The notes under the pieces were generated by a model. It was not told the DNA's origin. It was given only the letters and a program-made list of their open reading frames with translations, and made no database searches. Below, piece after piece: positions 8,986-11,177 of a stretch of DNA of 11,177 nt; position 1 is the stretch's first letter; each line of letters starts with the position of its first letter. Both the position numbers and the translations under genes were made by a program. The stretch is from Promethearchaeota archaeon (GTDB taxonomy: Archaea > Asgardarchaeota > Lokiarchaeia > Sigyniarchaeales > SOKP01): positions 1-11,177 of the forward strand of contig SDNY01000115.1 of the NCBI GenBank assembly GCA_004524535.1. Direction: 5' to 3'.

Positions 8986-9174
8986 ATGGATAAAAAAATG
9001 CAGAAAATGCCAGAAGAAGAATTAAAAGAAGAAATTCGAGATTTTTTAACAAATAGAAAAATTTTAGTCTTATGCACATGTTCAAATAATATCCCCCGTG
9101 CCACACCAATGGATTTTTATATAGATAAGAAGCCTCCTTCATCATCGCAGCAGATATCTGGACCTTTTTGGTAA
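8986..9174 (+). pseudogene. Truncated pyridoxamine 5'-phosphate oxidase-like (FMN-binding split barrel) gene
   Basis: EEIRDFLTNRKILVLCTCSNNIPRATPMDFY is the typical N-terminus of this family. After about 9129 the ORF reads through the antisense strand of another gene (KPPSSSQQISGPFW) and stops. The family is normally well over 100 aa. Confidence 0.6.
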
Positions 9175-9538
9175 TCTATAGCGTTACATATAACAGTACC
9201 GTTTTCTCCCCATAGCAAATTTCCATTCGAATCGATTCTTTGCGCATAGATATCAAAATTTCCAGTTTTATCATCCGCCCACGTGATAATAGCGCCTCCA
9301 GCACCATCATAGCAACTCTGAAGTCTATGAGGATTATTGGGCTCTCCGTGAGTTATGATGGTACCATTAGTTTTCCAAGCAAATGTTTGTGATAACTGAG
9401 GAGTACTCAAAGATTTTTGTTCTAACTCATTTCTTTGGCTTAGAGCGATGTTGGATCCAGAACTTATTGGATTTATTGATGAATGTATAAGAGAAAAAAG
9501 CATCAGAAAAGAGATCCCTAAGAGAAAGAATTTTTCAA
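9117..9538 (-). pseudogene. 5' fragment of a secreted/surface repeat protein (DGxGGAIITWxD...DIYAQR repeats)
   Basis: It has a hydrophobic N-terminus (KFFLLGISFLMLFSLI) and one full repeat (DGAGGAIITWADDKTGNFDIYAQRIDSNGNLLWGENGTVIC...Q..PDI). It terminates just as the next repeat begins (DDEGGF-LSI-stop). The track ORF is 9117-9503. Confidence 0.6.
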
Positions 9539-9581
9539 AAATCTAACGATTCTTTTAATATTTTTATAAATATATTTTAGA

Positions 9582-9598
9582 AACCTTTATTAAAGGTT
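9582..9598. promoter_or_regulatory. Perfect inverted repeat overlapping TATA-like boxes on both strands
   Basis: AACCTTTA-T-TAAAGGTT (8-bp arms). It reads GAAACCTTTATTAA on the plus strand and TAACCTTTAATAA on the minus strand, between divergent genes. Confidence 0.5.
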
Positions 9599-9656
9599 AT
9601 TTAAATTAGAATAAATAGAAATGTGATTTAATCATTAATTAGTTGGTGAAATAAAG

Positions 9657-9812
9657 ACGGAACAAAAGAAACGAGCTCCTATACATATTACAGAAGCAGA
9701 TGTAAAAAGAGCCTATAAGAAAGTTGAACAGTTTCAGCGATTATTAGAAAGAGGAAAAACTAAGGAACAGATTTTAAATGATTTGCTTAGGTTGATTCAA
9801 GGTGGAGAGTAA
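9657..9812 (+). CDS. Small basic helical protein (about 51 aa), putative partner/antitoxin of the downstream nucleotidyltransferase; not in the ORF track
   Basis: The frame is open from 9639 to 9812: EQKKRAPIHITEADVKRAYKKVEQFQRLLERGKTKEQILNDLLRLIQGGE. GGTGA (9645-9649) precedes an in-frame ACG at 9657, and the stop overlaps the next gene's start by 11 nt. There is no ATG/GTG start. Confidence 0.55.
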   Translation, partial: TEQKKRAPIHITEADVKRAYKKVEQFQRLLERGKTKEQILNDLLRLIQGGE

Positions 9813-10353
9813 TTTATTTAGAATTATCTTTTATGAGGCAGCTCAGTTAAAGATACCTGCCGTTGTAATAGGAGGATTAGCACTTCCTGCTTATAATGTC
9901 GCTAGATTAACCTTAGATATAGATATTTGTATTCATATATCATCTCAAGAGGTGTTGAATCAATTTCTTAAGGTCCTTAAAAAGAATGATATAAAAACAC
10001 TTCAAAAACCAAAATTGGACCAAGATTTATTTACCGTATTTGGAAGGAATGCTGAAGCAGAAATTTGGTTGAAGCCCTGTGATGCCTTTACTTGGGATGA
10101 CAAAATGATTGAAGAGATACAAGTATATACTGGAAATGTTCATGTCTTAGCTATTGAGGATTTCATTTTAACAAAATTAGCGCGAGAAGATCGAAGCTCG
10201 ACTGATATTGATGATATTATACAATTGCTAATTGCTAATAAAAATATTATAGATCGGGAATATCTTCATTATCGATTAGAATGGATGGATTTATTACATG
10301 ACTTTAATGAAATTTTAGAAAAATCTAAAATAGATTTTAGTATTTTTACTTAA
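9802..10353 (+). CDS. Pol-beta superfamily nucleotidyltransferase (DUF6036/AbiEii/MenT-like)
   Basis: VVIGGLA...ARLTLDIDI (GG...RxTxDxD) and C-terminal EDFILTKL...R...DIDD. GTG start. Confidence 0.8.
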   Translation: MESNLFRIIFYEAAQLKIPAVVIGGLALPAYNVARLTLDIDICIHISSQEVLNQFLKVLKKNDIKTLQKPKLDQDLFTVFGRNAEAEIWLKPCDAFTWDDKMIEEIQVYTGNVHVLAIEDFILTKLAREDRSSTDIDDIIQLLIANKNIIDREYLHYRLEWMDLLHDFNEILEKSKIDFSIFT

Positions 10354-10402
10354 TTTTCTAGGAATTATTATCTCTCCTAAATCTTTTTCAATAGAATTAT
10401 TT

Positions 10403-10454
10403 TGAACATGTTCAGCTAAAAGATTATATGGTTTATGAGCTATAAATCATATAA
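10403..10454. promoter_or_regulatory. Two adjacent dyad elements in the NTase-DUF166 intergenic region
   Basis: A perfect 12-bp palindrome TGAACATGTTCA (10403-10414), and a 13-bp-arm inverted repeat TTATATGGTTTAT-GAGCT-ATAAATCATATAA (10424-10454) with one G-T pair. Confidence 0.35.
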
Positions 10455-10499
10455 ATATAAACTCAAACTTTTTTTAATCCCTCATAAAATAAAAAAATA

Positions 10500-10781
10500 A
10501 TGAGTATGCCTAACAAAAATTATACACTCGGAGTATTTTATGGAAAACATCCAGACACTATAATGTTAGCTCAAAAGTTTGTTGGTAATCTGATAAACTC
10601 TGAGGATTTTTGTAAAGCGTGTGAAGATAAAAAAATCAATATAAAATATGATAAATGTCGAGAAAATCTCAAAAGCTATGCTAATTCAATTTATTTTTAT
10701 GAGAAAATTGGTGAAGGTATTCCTGATTTTGTAGAAACCATTGATCTTACCTACTATCCTAAATGTAGTTCAAACCATTGA
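10500..10781 (+). pseudogene. N-terminal fragment of a DUF166-like archaeal protein joined in frame to 11 FkbM residues
   Basis: Residues 1-79 (GVFYG...VGNLINSEDFCKAC...KCRENLKSYANSI...IPDFVE) resemble the DUF166 N-terminus as recalled. Residues 80-90 (TIDLTYYPKCS) match FkbM TIDITYYPKCS, followed by a frameshift and stop. Confidence 0.55.
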
Positions 10782-10806
10782 TCTTACCTACTATCCTAAA
10801 TGTAGT
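10735..10806 (+). repeat. Perfect 35-bp direct repeat, two copies (10735-10769 and 10772-10806) separated by TC
   Basis: AAACCATTGATCTTACCTACTATCCTAAATGTAGT occurs twice with a period of 37 bp. A third, slightly diverged copy lies inside the FkbM gene (8447-8481). Confidence 0.97.
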
Positions 10807-11177
10807 GGAGATTCAGCTATTATTCCATTTGATTGGGATCTAAAAGTGGATCTCTATTTAAAAAACTATGAAGAAACAATCTGTAAAAATATGCCTCAAG
10901 CAAGAGATATCCCTGAGGATAAACGTAAGGAGTTAGTTGAAGCTGGGCTTAAAGCCGTATACAGAAGAAAAATTGTTCAATGTCAAATACGACCTCTTTC
11001 ACAAATTATACAAGAAAATAACATAGAACAAATCAATTTAATGAAAATTGATGCTGAAAATTATGAGTGGCAAGTGCTCGCAGGAATTAAAGGTGATGAT
11101 TGGGGAAAAATAAAGCAAATAGCAATGGAAGTTCATACCCATATAAAAGGAGGAGCAAATTTAATGAATGAACTTAC
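10774..11177 (+). pseudogene. 5'-truncated second copy of the FkbM methyltransferase gene (runs off the window)
   Basis: It aligns without gaps to 8449-8852, with 25 mismatches in 404 bp by manual count (about 94% identity). The frame is open throughout, but it lacks the N-terminal about 105 codons, including the SAM-binding DVGANIG motif. Confidence 0.93.

Noticed and set aside
8736-9104. 122-aa minus-strand ORF
   Set aside because: It is antisense to the FkbM and PNPOx-like genes. Its Phe/Ser-rich composition is typical of the reverse of purine-rich coding DNA.
10315-10446. Short minus-strand open frame (FIAHKPYNLLAEHVQNNSIEKDLGEIIIPRKL...)
   Set aside because: It has no start codon and no recognisable family. 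It could be a gene remnant but cannot be supported.
8950-10734. IS element or transposon
   Set aside because: No transposase or integrase ORF and no terminal inverted repeats were seen.
10735-10806. CRISPR array (35-bp repeat)
   Set aside because: There are only two adjacent copies with a 2-bp gap, the repeat is FkbM coding sequence, and no cas genes are present.
8449-11177. Diversity-generating retroelement TR/VR pair
   Set aside because: The mismatches are not one-directional at adenines: 10 have A in the first copy, 10 have A in the second, and 5 involve no A. The repeat is at least 404 bp, and there is no reverse transcriptase in the window.

Overview
AT-rich archaeal DNA (roughly 30% GC by eye), most likely an Asgard (Lokiarchaeia/Promethearchaeota-type) genome. 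This is inferred from a Rab-like small GTPase without a prenylation motif, tandem geranylgeranyl-reductase-family genes, NurA and archaeal TATA/SD signals. The left part (1-8949) holds intact genes: the 3' end of a HemK2/Mtq2-like methyltransferase, a stand-alone nurA, the Rab-like GTPase, a five-gene minus-strand cluster (GctA/GctB-type CoA-transferase, two GGR-family flavoproteins, GPH/MFS transporter) and an FkbM-family methyltransferase. The right part (about 8950-11177) is a mosaic. It contains a truncated PNPOx-like gene joined tail-to-tail to a truncated secreted repeat protein, a probable small partner plus nucleotidyltransferase (toxin-antitoxin-like) module, and a DUF166-like N-terminal fragment. 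That fragment is joined in frame, through a 35-bp direct repeat, to a second 5'-truncated copy of the FkbM gene (about 94% identical, 2325 bp from the first). No RNA genes, CRISPR array, transposase, integrase or reverse transcriptase were seen. All family assignments come from motif recognition, not database searches.
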